From positions 29,812-93,811 of the forward strand of contig DAOUPZ010000010.1 in assembly GCA_030625885.1 (NCBI GenBank): a stretch of DNA of 64,000 bases, in the 5' to 3' direction. The notes below the pieces were generated by a model that searched no databases, was not told the origin of the DNA, and saw only the letters and a list, made by a program, of their open reading frames with translations. Shown here one piece after another: positions 51,266 through 61,385 of this stretch. The DNA is from Clostridia bacterium. GTDB lineage: Bacteria > Bacillota > DAOUPZ01. The position numbers and the translations under genes were made by a program. Positions within the stretch are counted from its first letter, which is position 1. The number at the start of each line of letters is the position of its first letter.

Positions 51266-52330
51266 TTGAGAGAGAAAAAGATAGCTTTAAAAGGTTTGTT
51301 GTTCAGTGAAATGCAGCATTTCGTAAAAGATATAGGGGAACCAAAGTTTCGTGCTCAGCAATTAATGGATTGGATATATAAAAAGAATGCAGTTGATTTT
51401 GAGGAGATGACTAATCTTTCCAAAACATTGCGGGAAAAATTAAATAAGTGTGCAACAATTAATGATTTACAGAATAAAAATTGTTCTGTTTCAAAAATTG
51501 ATGGAACCATGAAGTTTTTATTTGCTTTAGAAGATCATCATACGATTGAAAGTGTGATCATGTTTCATCCTGACCGAGTGTCCGCAAAGCGGGTTACAGC
51601 CTGTATATCAACCCAAGTAGGGTGTGCTATGGGATGTTCATTTTGTGCGACGGGGAAAAGTGGTTTAGTGCGCAATTTAACATCATCTGAAATTGTGAAT
51701 CAAGTGGCTACTTTAAATCATGTGCTGGCTGCTAGTAATGAAGGTCCTATTAATAATGTTGTTATTATGGGAATGGGAGAGCCGCTGGCAAATTACGAAT
51801 CAACATTAAAAGCGATCCATATTTTTAATATGAAAGAGGGCTTTCAAGTTGGAGCACGGCATATCACTTTATCCACCTGTGGTTTAGTGCCCCAAATTTT
51901 AAGGTTAGCAAAAGAGGAATTACAAATTGTTTTGGCAATTTCGCTTCATGCGCCTAATGATACATTAAGAAATCAGCTGATACCGATTAATCGTAAGTAT
52001 CCCTTGGCACAATTAATAGATGCTTGTCAGCAATATATCCATGATACTGGAAGGCGAATCACTTTTGAGTACAGCTTGATGAGTGGTGTGAACGATACAT
52101 CTCATGATGCCAAGGAATTAGCTGCGTTATTAAAAGGATTGTTATGTCATGTTAATTTAATACCCATAAATCCCGTGGAAGACACCAATTATAAACGAGC
52201 AACGGAAGTTCACATTGCAAAATTCAAAGAAATTCTTGAAGAGAAAGGAATTCCGGTGTCTCGTAGAGAAGAAAAAGGAGCAGATATTGAAGCTGCCTGT
52301 GGGCAACTACGTCGACGTCAAATGACGTAG
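51266..52330 (+). CDS. rlmN: 23S rRNA m2A2503 methyltransferase
   Basis: CAMGCSFC, MGMGEP and IEAACGQL. Confidence 0.96.
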   Translation: MREKKIALKGLLFSEMQHFVKDIGEPKFRAQQLMDWIYKKNAVDFEEMTNLSKTLREKLNKCATINDLQNKNCSVSKIDGTMKFLFALEDHHTIESVIMFHPDRVSAKRVTACISTQVGCAMGCSFCATGKSGLVRNLTSSEIVNQVATLNHVLAASNEGPINNVVIMGMGEPLANYESTLKAIHIFNMKEGFQVGARHITLSTCGLVPQILRLAKEELQIVLAISLHAPNDTLRNQLIPINRKYPLAQLIDACQQYIHDTGRRITFEYSLMSGVNDTSHDAKELAALLKGLLCHVNLIPINPVEDTNYKRATEVHIAKFKEILEEKGIPVSRREEKGADIEAACGQLRRRQMT

Positions 52331-52346
52331 GTTGGGAGGTAAAGAA

Positions 52347-53072
52347 ATGGAAATGGGTATTTGTTCTCATGTAGGATGTGTCCGCGAAATGAATCAGGAC
52401 AGTTTTGGCTATTCATTACAAGCGCCAATCTTTATTGCTGTTGCTGATGGAATGGGAGGACACAAGGCAGGAGAGGTAGCTAGCGCACTGGCTATTCGAA
52501 CGACAGAGGAAAAGGTTTCTAAAACCAGTCATCTCGATATACGAGATATCTTTAACAGCGCGAACGAAAAAATTATCAACCATGCCAACCTACATGATAA
52601 AATATGTTCAGGAATGGGAACAACCTTGAGTTTAGGGGTTTTGAGGCGAGAACGACTATACATAGGTCATATTGGGGATAGTCGTATCTATCTTATTCGT
52701 GATGGTGACATTAAGCTTTTGACCAAAGACCATTCATTGGTTGCTGAGTTAGTGGAAAAAGGAGAAATTAAGCCGGAACAAGCCGAAAGTCATCCTCAGC
52801 GACATATTATCACGCGGGCGTTAGGGATCGATGAGCAAGTCTTACTGGACGAAAGCGAGGCGATGATATTAGTGCAGGATATTCTCGTTTTTTGTACAGA
52901 TGGATTAACGAATTTGGTGAATAATCAAGAAATTAAAGAAACCTTGCTTTCTGCTGCAAATTTACAAGATGGCGCGGAATGTCTGGTTAATTTAGCGAAT
53001 CAGCGTGGCGGACATGATAACATTACGATTGTATGTGGGATGGTTGAAGCCTGTGATATTGAGAAGAGGTGA
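52347..53072 (+). CDS. stp: PP2C Ser/Thr phosphatase (Stp1/PrpC)
   Basis: NQD, VADGMGGH, HIGDSR, CTDG and GGHDNIT. Confidence 0.93.
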   Translation: MEMGICSHVGCVREMNQDSFGYSLQAPIFIAVADGMGGHKAGEVASALAIRTTEEKVSKTSHLDIRDIFNSANEKIINHANLHDKICSGMGTTLSLGVLRRERLYIGHIGDSRIYLIRDGDIKLLTKDHSLVAELVEKGEIKPEQAESHPQRHIITRALGIDEQVLLDESEAMILVQDILVFCTDGLTNLVNNQEIKETLLSAANLQDGAECLVNLANQRGGHDNITIVCGMVEACDIEKR

Positions 53073-53076
53073 AATA

Positions 53077-54978
53077 ATGGTTGGAACAGTGTTGAGTGGT
53101 CGATACGAAATATTAGAGAAAGTCGGAGAAGGTGGCATGTCTGTTGTATATAAGGCGCGTGATCGAGTGTTAAATCGCATCGTGGCCGTTAAAATATTGC
53201 GTGAACAGTTGACCGGTGATGAAAATTTCATTCGTGCTTTTCATCGTGAAGCTCAGGCAGCTGCTAGTTTATCCCATCCTAATATTGTTAGTATTTATGA
53301 TGTGGGTCAAGATGCAGATAAACATTTTATCGTCATGGAGCTTATTGAGGGTAAACATTTAAAGGATATTATTCGTCAAGAAGCCCCCTTTCCGATAAAG
53401 CAGTCTTTAATAATCACACGTCAAATATGTGATGCTTTAAGCCATGCTCATCAAAAGAACATCATTCATTGTGACATTAAACCCCACAATATTTTGATTA
53501 ATGAAGATGGGCGAGTGAAAGTAGCGGATTTTGGTATTGCAAGGGCAGTTAATTCTGTTACGATGAATCTTTCTGATGGGATTATGGGTTCGGTACTTTA
53601 CTTTTCACCGGAACAAGCCCAACAGGAAACATTGAATCGGACATCTGATATTTACTCCCTTGGTATTGTCTTATATGAAATGCTGATGGGAAATGTTCCG
53701 TTTTCCGGGGAAAATCCTATTGCCATAGCGCTTAAGCACGTGCGGGAAGATATTCCTATTACGGATGAAATGGCAAATCGGTGGCCTAAAGAATTGATTA
53801 ACATATTACATAGAGCATTGGAAAAAAACCCTGATGATCGTTATCAATCTGCACAACAAATGGCACGGGATGTCAGTACTTGTCTGGATAAAATTGCGCG
53901 GAATCCTAAATGGGATGATGAAGCAAACCAAACAGCTGTTTTTGCGGGGTTAAATCCTAATGAAACGGAAGAAGAGGAATTAGCGTTACGGCGTCATCGG
54001 AGGGAAAAATCAGTGAAAAAAACAGGTTCTCGTAAACATAAAATCGGTATTGCCGCAATTCTTTTAATAGCAATGTCCTTAGGCATATTTATTGGATTAT
54101 GGAAATTTGCTCCAGCACAGAGTGTTGAAATGCCAAAGTTAATCGGAGAAACCGTTAAGGATGCACAAGGAACATTGGAGGATATTGGATTAGAAGTGAA
54201 CGACATCAAAGAAAAAGAAGATCAAGATTTTCCACCAGGTGTTATTGTTGATCAAGAACCCTCAGAAGGGACAAAGATTGGCAAAGGAAAGGGTGTTACG
54301 CTCTTTGTGAATAAAAGTGATGGTGGTTTAGTCCAAGTACCTAGCGTCGTTGGAAAAACGTTAGAAGATGCAGAACGTTTGTTAGAAGAGGCAGGATTCC
54401 AGATTGGAAATGAGACAAATGCCTATTCGGAAGATATTCCTGAAGATGAAGTGATGGCACAAAATCCTCGTGGCAGGACACAAGTAGGGTATGGGGAAAA
54501 GATTGATTTAGTGATTAGCATGGGCAAAGAAATTGAAACCGTTGTTGTTCCGGATTTTACAGATCAAACAGTAGAACAGGCAAAACAACGTTTGGCGTCA
54601 TTAAATTTAGAACTAGGTAAAGTAGAAGAACAGGAAAACGATCATGTGAATTCCGGACTTATATTCAAACAGCGTCCTGGTAAAGAGATGATCGTAGAAG
54701 CGGGTTCAACAGTTGATTTTGTTGTTTCTGCTGATCGTGAGCAGGAGCAGGAGAATAGAGTACGGACATATACAGTGAAATATAAACTTCCTGAAAGTGC
54801 AGTAGAATCGAAAGTGGATATCATTCTTAAAGATTTAAGAGGAACACGTACGGTATATACGGGAAGTCATAGTCCCGGTGATGTTCTTGAAGAAACCATA
54901 AAATGGGAAGGACAACAGGCTTTAGTTCAAGTTTTAGTCAATGGCAGTGTAGTGGCGGAAGAAATTATTACGCCTTAG
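53077..54978 (+). CDS. pknB: PASTA-domain Ser/Thr kinase (PrkC/PknB)
   Basis: GEGGM, VAVK, HCDIKPHN, DFG, one TM and three PASTA repeats. Confidence 0.95.
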   Translation: MVGTVLSGRYEILEKVGEGGMSVVYKARDRVLNRIVAVKILREQLTGDENFIRAFHREAQAAASLSHPNIVSIYDVGQDADKHFIVMELIEGKHLKDIIRQEAPFPIKQSLIITRQICDALSHAHQKNIIHCDIKPHNILINEDGRVKVADFGIARAVNSVTMNLSDGIMGSVLYFSPEQAQQETLNRTSDIYSLGIVLYEMLMGNVPFSGENPIAIALKHVREDIPITDEMANRWPKELINILHRALEKNPDDRYQSAQQMARDVSTCLDKIARNPKWDDEANQTAVFAGLNPNETEEEELALRRHRREKSVKKTGSRKHKIGIAAILLIAMSLGIFIGLWKFAPAQSVEMPKLIGETVKDAQGTLEDIGLEVNDIKEKEDQDFPPGVIVDQEPSEGTKIGKGKGVTLFVNKSDGGLVQVPSVVGKTLEDAERLLEEAGFQIGNETNAYSEDIPEDEVMAQNPRGRTQVGYGEKIDLVISMGKEIETVVVPDFTDQTVEQAKQRLASLNLELGKVEEQENDHVNSGLIFKQRPGKEMIVEAGSTVDFVVSADREQEQENRVRTYTVKYKLPESAVESKVDIILKDLRGTRTVYTGSHSPGDVLEETIKWEGQQALVQVLVNGSVVAEEIITP

Positions 54979-54992
54979 AGAGGAATGTGACA

Positions 54993-55859
54993 ATGCAAGA
55001 AGGTAAAATCATAAAGGCATATGGTGGTTTTTATTATGTACAAACGGGGACGGACATTGTTCCATGTTTTTTGCGGAAACGCATCAAAAGGGAAGTGAAT
55101 GTTCTCGTGGGTGATGAAGTAAAAATACAAATGGCAGATCAGGAAAAAGGGGTTATTGAGGCGCTTTTACCGCGTCGGAATGAACTTCTGCGTCCTCCTG
55201 TGGCCAACGTGGATCAGATGGTGATTGTATTTGCTGCCTCAGAACCAGAACCTAACTTTATGCTATTAGATCGGTTCCTCTTTCTAGGGGAGAAGGCAGG
55301 TCTTCATATCATCATTTGTTTTAACAAGATGGATTTGGTAGATTTGCCTGATTTTCAAGCGAAGACAGCGTTATATCATAAAATAGGTTATCCAGTGCGG
55401 TACTTAAGTGCCAAAAAAGAGTTAGGGATAGATGCTTTCAAGGAAGTATTAAGCCAAAAGATTTCTGTTTTTTGCGGCCCTTCAGGTGTTGGTAAATCGG
55501 CATTATTAAATGTTGTTCAACCTGGAATGCAACTTAAGACAGGTGAACTCAGTGAAAAGATAAAGCGGGGCAAGCATACAACTCGCCATGTGGAATTGCT
55601 TCCTTTCAAACAAGGCGGATACGTTGTAGATACACCTGGTTTTAGTTATTTGACTTTTGAAGATATGAAACCAGAACAGGTTATTGATTATTTTCCTGAT
55701 TTGAAACCGTATCAAAAAAACTGTCAATATGGTGAGTGCCTACACCAACAACAAACGGGTTGTGGTGTTTATGAAGCGCTTTTAGCAGGAAACATTAGTA
55801 TAGAGCGTTACGAGCGTTACTTGGAGTTTCTAACAGAAATTAGTGGGGAGGAAAAATGA
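54993..55859 (+). CDS. rsgA: Ribosome small subunit-dependent GTPase
   Basis: NKMD, GPSGVGKS, GKHTT, DTPG and C-terminal Zn site. Confidence 0.95.
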   Translation: MQEGKIIKAYGGFYYVQTGTDIVPCFLRKRIKREVNVLVGDEVKIQMADQEKGVIEALLPRRNELLRPPVANVDQMVIVFAASEPEPNFMLLDRFLFLGEKAGLHIIICFNKMDLVDLPDFQAKTALYHKIGYPVRYLSAKKELGIDAFKEVLSQKISVFCGPSGVGKSALLNVVQPGMQLKTGELSEKIKRGKHTTRHVELLPFKQGGYVVDTPGFSYLTFEDMKPEQVIDYFPDLKPYQKNCQYGECLHQQQTGCGVYEALLAGNISIERYERYLEFLTEISGEEK

Positions 55860-56530
55860 TGATTCAAATTGCACCATCCTTATTAGCAGCAGACTTTGGG
55901 GCTTTAGGGGAAGAAATTATACGTGCTCAAAAAGCGGGAGCAGATATGATTCATATTGATGTCATGGATGGCCATTTTGTACCTAACATTACGATAGGCC
56001 CTCCTATTATTAAAACACTTAGAAAAGTTTCGCAGCTGACTTTTGATGTTCACCTCATGATTGAAAATCCGGAAAATTATATTAAAGCTTTTGCAGAAGC
56101 AGGTAGTGATATCATTTCCGTGCATGTGGAAACGTGTCCTCATTTACATCGTGTTGTACAATTGATAAAGTCTTACGGGGTGAAAGCTGCCGTAGCGCTT
56201 AATCCTGCTACACCAGTCGTTCTTTTGGAGGATATTCTGGAAGAGATTGATATGGTTTTAATCATGTCTGTGAATCCTGGTTTTGGTGGGCAGCAGTTTA
56301 TTCCAGCTGCAACTTCTAAAATAAAGCGTCTAAAAGAGATGATTGACCAGAAAGGGTTAGATGTGGATATTCAGGTAGATGGAGGCGTAAACGAAAAGAT
56401 AGCCTCATTGGTTGCTGAAGCGGGTGCGAATATTCTGGTGGCTGGATCTGCTGTTTACGGTAAATCAGATGTCAAACAGGCGATTGAGGGAATACGAAGA
56501 AGTGCGGAAAAGGCAATTCACAATTCATAA
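55856..56530 (+). CDS. rpe: Ribulose-phosphate 3-epimerase
   Basis: HIDVMDGHFVPN, MSVNPGFGGQ and VDGG. Confidence 0.96.
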   Translation: MMIQIAPSLLAADFGALGEEIIRAQKAGADMIHIDVMDGHFVPNITIGPPIIKTLRKVSQLTFDVHLMIENPENYIKAFAEAGSDIISVHVETCPHLHRVVQLIKSYGVKAAVALNPATPVVLLEDILEEIDMVLIMSVNPGFGGQQFIPAATSKIKRLKEMIDQKGLDVDIQVDGGVNEKIASLVAEAGANILVAGSAVYGKSDVKQAIEGIRRSAEKAIHNS

Positions 56531-56550
56531 TTATTAATTCATAATTAAAA

Positions 56551-56627
56551 GGCTAAAGGCTAAAGGCTAAAGGCTAAAGGCTAAAGGCTAAAGGCTAAAG
56601 GCTAAAGGCTAAAGGCTAAAGGCTAAA
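56551..56627 (+). repeat. Perfect heptamer tandem repeat (GGCTAAA)x11
   Basis: Counted directly in the sequence. Confidence 0.95.
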
Positions 56628-56668
56628 GGCGTAAAAGGTTGAAGGGAAAAGATAAAGGCTGAAAGTTA

Positions 56669-56724
56669 ATGCAAAAATGGGGATATTCCGTGAGGTACGA
56701 GCGGTGTGTCCCCACTTTTTGCAT
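56669..56724. repeat. Imperfect palindrome/hairpin (REP-like or terminator)
   Basis: ATGCAAAAATGGGGATA..CCG...CGG..TGTCCCCACTTTTTGCAT. Confidence 0.55.
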
Positions 56725-56819
56725 ATGGAGTAGATAAAAGAATTGCTAACTCCTTTTTACAAATGTCTTGACTTTTGTAAAAATATCGGTAATACTATTG
56801 ATAGACAATTAAATAATAT

Positions 56820-56934
56820 GTCTCTTCGGGGTGGGTGCAAGTCCCAACCGGCGGTTAAAGCCCGCGAGCCACATCATGTGGTTGATTCAGTGTAATTCTG
56901 AAGCCGACAGTTAAAGTCTGGATGGGAGAAGAGG
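56820..56934 (+). ncRNA. FMN (RFN) riboswitch
   Basis: TCTTCGGGGTGGGTG.AA.TCCC.ACCGGCGGT..AGCCCGCGAGC...GATTCAGTGTAATTCTGAAGCCGACAGT.AAAGTCTGGATGGGAGAAG; upstream of the rib genes. Confidence 0.96.
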
Positions 56935-56963
56935 ATTTAGAATAATTTTGTAGTGATATGTAT

Positions 56964-56997
56964 ACCCTGAGGATAAGAATAGCCTCAGGGTTTTTTA
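56964..56997 (+). terminator. FMN riboswitch terminator
   Basis: ACCCTGAGG...CCTCAGGGT followed by T-run. Confidence 0.8.
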
Positions 56998-57022
56998 TTT
57001 GTATGAAAATGAGAATTTTAGC

Positions 57023-57195
57023 AAGAAATATAAACAAATCGTTCGCTGACAAAGTTTTTTGAGTGGTTCTAACAGCTTGTTACGCCAAAAATCCTAAATT
57101 TTTGATTCAAAAATTTTTAACGGATTTCCGGCGTCCCTTCGCTGAGAACCACATACAAAAAACTTTGAATGCTTACTCATTTGTTTATATTTCTT
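57023..57195. mobile_element. Fold-back/MITE-like element with 17-bp perfect terminal IRs
   Basis: AAGAAATATAAACAAAT / ATTTGTTTATATTTCTT, with inner arms CAAAGTTTTTTG.GTGGTTCT / AGAACCAC..CAAAAAACTTTG. The right arm is repeated at about 57420-57457. Confidence 0.6.
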
Positions 57196-57233
57196 AGGTT
57201 TTTAATTATGAATTATGAATTGAAAGCTTGTGC

Positions 57234-57380
57234 TTAGACAAGGTTATGCTTCCAGATAATTTCTGAAGCTAAAGAATGTTGTACAAGGAGACAACTTGCT
57301 TACTGTAGATCATTTGCAGAAGATCGTAAGGTGTTAGGTCACCGACGCCATAAATTGTCTTTCAGCATAACCATGTCTAA
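57234..57380. mobile_element. MITE-like element with 17-bp terminal IRs (long copy)
   Basis: TTAGACAAGGTTATGCT ... AGCATAACCATGTCTAA (one mismatch). Confidence 0.65.
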
Positions 57381-57473
57381 AACGGTAATCTTTTTCTACC
57401 GGCTGGTTGCTATCTGCCAAAAAGCTTTGAATGCTCACGCATTTGTTTATATTTCTTAGACTTTTAATCTTTT

Positions 57474-57506
57474 AATTATGAATTATGAATTATGAATTAT
57501 GAATTG
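57474..57506 (+). repeat. (AATTATG)x4 tandem repeat just before the ribD RBS
   Basis: Read directly; also two units at 57204. Confidence 0.9.
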
Positions 57507-57513
57507 AAGGACG

Positions 57514-58623
57514 GTGGTGAAAGCAGTGAATCATGAACAATATATGGAAATGGCTTTGGGTTTAGCACAAAAAGCGTTGGGAAGAACCAGTCCCAACCCA
57601 ATTGTGGGTGCCTTAATCGTTAAGGATGGGAAAGTAATTGGGCGTGGCTATCATCAGAAAGCGGGAACACCCCATGCGGAGATTCATGCACTGAAGGAAG
57701 CGGGTGAAGCGGCAAGAGGAGCAATAATGTATGTTACACTGGAACCCTGTTCGCATTATGGTAGAACGCCCCCTTGTGTAGATGCAATCATTAAAGCAGG
57801 TCTTTCTGAAGTGATTATTGCGATGGAAGATCCCAATCCATTAGTTGCGGGAAAGGGAATTGAGATGCTTAAGGTGGCAGGAATTAGAACGGTTACCGGT
57901 ATTTTAGAAGAAAAGGCAAGACGAAGTAACGAAGTTTTTTATATGTATATGACGACTGGAAAACCATTTGTGGCGCTGAAAACGGCCATGACCTTGGATG
58001 GGAAAATTGCCACACCGCAAGGTGACTCTAAATGGATTACTGGAGAGGTGGCACGCCAGGCTGTGCATCAATTGCGTAATAGGTATGACGCTGTTATGGT
58101 AGGGCTGGGTACGGTGATAAAAGATGATCCGCAATTGACCACCCGTTTAGATACTCAGTCAGGGCGGGATGCCCATCGAATTATTGTTGATTCTCGGGGA
58201 GAAATACCATTGGAATCACGTGTTTTATCTTTAAATTCGGCTGCGGATACCCTTATTGCGGTGACACATTTGGCTTCAGGTGATAAACTTCGGTTAATCC
58301 AAGAAAAGGGAGCCAAAGTACTGAACTGTCCTGTTTGTGATGGTGAAGTGGATTTGGTTTATTTGATGAATAAATTAGGAGAACAAGGTATCACCAGTAT
58401 TTTGTTAGAAGGTGGTGGTACCTTAAACGCTGCAGCTTTAAGAACCGGTATTATAGATAAAGTGTATGCTTTTATTGCACCTAAGATTCTAGGCGGGGTT
58501 GATTCGTTAACCCCGGTAGAAGGCGTAGGAATGGAATGGGTCAAAGATGCGATTAGCATTACTGATACGCAGGTAACGCGATATGGAGAGGATGTTTTGA
58601 TAGAAGGATATGTAAACAGTTGA
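57514..58623 (+). CDS. ribD: Riboflavin biosynthesis deaminase/reductase
   Basis: TSPNP.VG, HAE, TLEPC.H.GRTPPC, SKWIT and EGGG. Confidence 0.96.
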   Translation: MVKAVNHEQYMEMALGLAQKALGRTSPNPIVGALIVKDGKVIGRGYHQKAGTPHAEIHALKEAGEAARGAIMYVTLEPCSHYGRTPPCVDAIIKAGLSEVIIAMEDPNPLVAGKGIEMLKVAGIRTVTGILEEKARRSNEVFYMYMTTGKPFVALKTAMTLDGKIATPQGDSKWITGEVARQAVHQLRNRYDAVMVGLGTVIKDDPQLTTRLDTQSGRDAHRIIVDSRGEIPLESRVLSLNSAADTLIAVTHLASGDKLRLIQEKGAKVLNCPVCDGEVDLVYLMNKLGEQGITSILLEGGGTLNAAALRTGIIDKVYAFIAPKILGGVDSLTPVEGVGMEWVKDAISITDTQVTRYGEDVLIEGYVNS

Positions 58624-58767
58624 AAGTTTACAGTGGACAGTTGACAGTTAAAAGAAGGAGTGAAGAAAAGGAGTTAGCAGTTAGGTCTTAGCAGTTAGGA
58701 AAAGATAAAAGATAGAGTGAAGAGGAACGAGATAATAAAAGATAGAGGGAAAAGGGGGAAGGGAAGG

Positions 58768-59421
58768 GTGTTCACAGGCATTGTAGAAGAAATTGGTACG
58801 GTTCAAGAGATACAGTGGGGGGCTAATTCTTGTCGGTTAACGATTATAGCTCAGGTTGTTTTAAAAGATGTAAAAGTAGGCGATAGTATTGCTGTTAATG
58901 GTATTTGCCTAACCGTAACAACTTTTTCAGCCACTTCATTTACAGTAGATGTGATGCCAGAGACACTCCGTAAAACCAGCCTGCATCATTTACGGAGTGG
59001 AGGAAGGGTAAATTTAGAGCGGGCACTACAGGTAGGGGGTCGTTTGGGCGGGCATTTTGTCAGCGGGCATATTGACGGGGTAGGGGAAATAATGGCTTTA
59101 ACCCAGGAGGATAATGCACTTCTTATTACCATAGATGCGCCGCTTCAGGTGATGCGATATATTCTTCCTAAAGGTTCTGTAGCCATTGATGGAACCAGCC
59201 TCACTGTTGTCTCTTGTAGGGATCAATCTTTTGTGATTTCTTTGATTCCCCATACCCGCAGTGTAACCATACTAGGTGCAAAACGTGTGGGAGAATCGGT
59301 TAATTTGGAAGGCGATATGATTGGTAAATATGTTGAGAAGTTGCTTCATTCTAAGCAAGAAGATAGTGTAGAACCTAGTGGTTTAAGTATGGAGAAACTA
59401 GTAGATAGTGGATTCCTATAA
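58768..59421 (+). CDS. ribE: Riboflavin synthase alpha chain
   Basis: (M)FTGIVEE from GTG 58768, GDSIAVNGICLT, VNLERA and GGHFVSGHID. Confidence 0.95.
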   Translation: MFTGIVEEIGTVQEIQWGANSCRLTIIAQVVLKDVKVGDSIAVNGICLTVTTFSATSFTVDVMPETLRKTSLHHLRSGGRVNLERALQVGGRLGGHFVSGHIDGVGEIMALTQEDNALLITIDAPLQVMRYILPKGSVAIDGTSLTVVSCRDQSFVISLIPHTRSVTILGAKRVGESVNLEGDMIGKYVEKLLHSKQEDSVEPSGLSMEKLVDSGFL

Positions 59422-59424
59422 GGG

Positions 59425-59548
59425 CAGTTGACAGTTGACAATGGACAGTTGACAGTTAAAAAGATAAAAGATCAAATAAGGTAAGTAGTAAGTAGTAAGT
59501 AGTAAGTAGTAAGTAGTAACCGTAGGGCATGTACCACTTACTACTTAC
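59425..59548 (+). repeat. (ACAGTTG)n run + AAAAGATAAAAG, then (GTAAGTA)x5 with an inverted TACTTAC run
   Basis: Read directly; GTAAGTA x5 at 59481-59515. Confidence 0.9.
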
Positions 59549-59575
59549 CCTATTATAATAAAAGGAGATGAGCAT

Positions 59576-60781
59576 ATGGGTCAATTTAACACCATTCCTG
59601 AAGCCTTGGAGGATATTAAGGCGGGGAAGATGATTATCGTTGTAGATGATGAAAATCGAGAAAATGAAGGCGATTTAGTGATGGCTGCAGAAAAGGTTAC
59701 GCCTGAAGCAATTAATTTTATGACAAAGGCTGGGAGAGGGTTGATTTGTGTACCGCTTATTGAAGAAAGACTTGAAGCTTTAATGCTGCCGCAGATGGTA
59801 AGTCAAAATTCAGACAGTCACGAAACGGCTTTTACGGTTTCGGTGGATGCAAAATATAAAACGACAACGGGGATTTCGGCTCCGGAGAGAGCCGTAACCA
59901 TTCAAACGTTAATCGATCCGTCAACTCAGCCTGATGAATTAGCTCGGCCTGGGCATATTTTTCCACTACGCGCTAAAGAGGGTGGTGTTTTGCAGCGGTC
60001 AGGCCATACGGAAGCAGCTGTTGATTTAGCAAAATTAGCAGGTTTTTATCCCGGAGGGGTTATTTGTGAAATAATGAATGAGGATGGGACAATGTCCCGT
60101 GTACCACAATTGTTTGAAGCCGCCAAAAAATATGGTTTAAAAATGATTACAATTGCAGATTTAATAGCTTATCGAATGCTTAATGAAAAGTTGATCAAAC
60201 GTGTATCGGAGGCAAATTTGCCAACCAAATATGGTGTGTTTAAAGTGATTGCTTATGAAAATAAGTTGGACAAACATGAGCATATTGCTTTGGTCAAAGG
60301 TGATATTGATACTGCAGATAAAGCTTTAGTCCGGGTTCACTCAGAATGCTTAACTGGAGATGTATTTGGTTCTTTAAGATGTGATTGTGGTGATCAATTA
60401 GCAAGTGCGTTACGGCAAATAGAAGAAAACGGTACGGGTGTTTTGTTGTATATGCGGCAGGAGGGAAGAGGAATTGGTCTTGCCAATAAGATAAAGGCGT
60501 ATGCCTTGCAGGATCAAGGTAAAGATACGGTGGAAGCAAATATCCTGCTAGGATTTCCCGATGATTTACGAAATTATGGCATTGGTGCACAAATTTTGGT
60601 GGATTTAGGGATAAAGAAAATGAGTCTAATGACTAATAATCCTAAAAAAATGATTGGTCTAGAGGGATATGGATTAGAAATAACGGAACGCGTACAGATT
60701 GAAATAGAGCCTAATGAAATTAACAAAACCTATTTGCAGACAAAGAAAGAGAAGATGGGACACTTGCTCCATAAAGCATAA
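59576..60781 (+). CDS. ribBA: Bifunctional DHBP synthase / GTP cyclohydrolase II
   Basis: [27 protein letters not shown] and QEGRGIG. Confidence 0.96.
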   Translation: MGQFNTIPEALEDIKAGKMIIVVDDENRENEGDLVMAAEKVTPEAINFMTKAGRGLICVPLIEERLEALMLPQMVSQNSDSHETAFTVSVDAKYKTTTGISAPERAVTIQTLIDPSTQPDELARPGHIFPLRAKEGGVLQRSGHTEAAVDLAKLAGFYPGGVICEIMNEDGTMSRVPQLFEAAKKYGLKMITIADLIAYRMLNEKLIKRVSEANLPTKYGVFKVIAYENKLDKHEHIALVKGDIDTADKALVRVHSECLTGDVFGSLRCDCGDQLASALRQIEENGTGVLLYMRQEGRGIGLANKIKAYALQDQGKDTVEANILLGFPDDLRNYGIGAQILVDLGIKKMSLMTNNPKKMIGLEGYGLEITERVQIEIEPNEINKTYLQTKKEKMGHLLHKA

Positions 60782-60841
60782 AGGGTATTTATGCTTTATG
60801 GGATTTAAAATTGAAAGTTGATACAACAAGGAGGCATATTG

Positions 60842-61312
60842 ATGACAAAAACATACGAAGGTCATTTGATTGGTGAAAATTTGAAATTTGGGATTGTGGT
60901 TAGCCGTTTTAACGAATTTATTACGGGTAAATTACTAGCAGGTGCTTTGGATGCATTAAAGCGTCATGGCGTAGATGAACAACATATAGAAATTGCCTGG
61001 GTACCAGGTGCATTTGAGATTCCATTAGCAGCACAAAAGATGGTAGCATTGAAAAAATATCATGCAGTGATTTGTCTTGGTGCGGTCATACGAGGTGCTA
61101 CACCCCATTTTGATTATGTATGCAGTGAAGTATCCAAAGGCGTGGCACATATTTCTCTGCAATCCGGTTTGCCAGTTATTTTTGGTGTTGTCACAACTGA
61201 TACCATTGAACAAGCGGTAGAACGTGCGGGTACAAAGGCAGGTAATAAAGGCTATGATGCTGCGTTATCAGCCATTGAAATGGCAAATTTGTTAACAGAT
61301 ATAAAAGGTTAA
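60842..61312 (+). CDS. ribH: Lumazine synthase
   Basis: [20 protein letters not shown] and GTKAGNKG. Confidence 0.96.
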   Translation: MTKTYEGHLIGENLKFGIVVSRFNEFITGKLLAGALDALKRHGVDEQHIEIAWVPGAFEIPLAAQKMVALKKYHAVICLGAVIRGATPHFDYVCSEVSKGVAHISLQSGLPVIFGVVTTDTIEQAVERAGTKAGNKGYDAALSAIEMANLLTDIKG

Positions 61313-61319
61313 TTTATTT

Positions 61320-61363
61320 AACAAGGCATCTTAATCTCTTTATGATTAAGATGCCTTGTTTTT
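61320..61363 (+). terminator. rib operon terminator
   Basis: AACAAGGCATCTTAATC...GATTAAGATGCCTTGTT followed by T-run. Confidence 0.85.
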
Positions 61364-61385
61364 GTAATACTAGGAGTAAAGAGAT

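Noticed and set aside
56551..59520. Tandem repeats as a CRISPR array
   Set aside because: Units are 7 nt and head-to-tail with no unique spacers, and there are no cas genes in the window.
53005..60841. Long N-terminal extensions in the ORF track for pknB, rsgA, ribE and ribH (also acsA, nfo, yicC, stp)
   Set aside because: Downstream starts have proper RBSs and match family N-termini.
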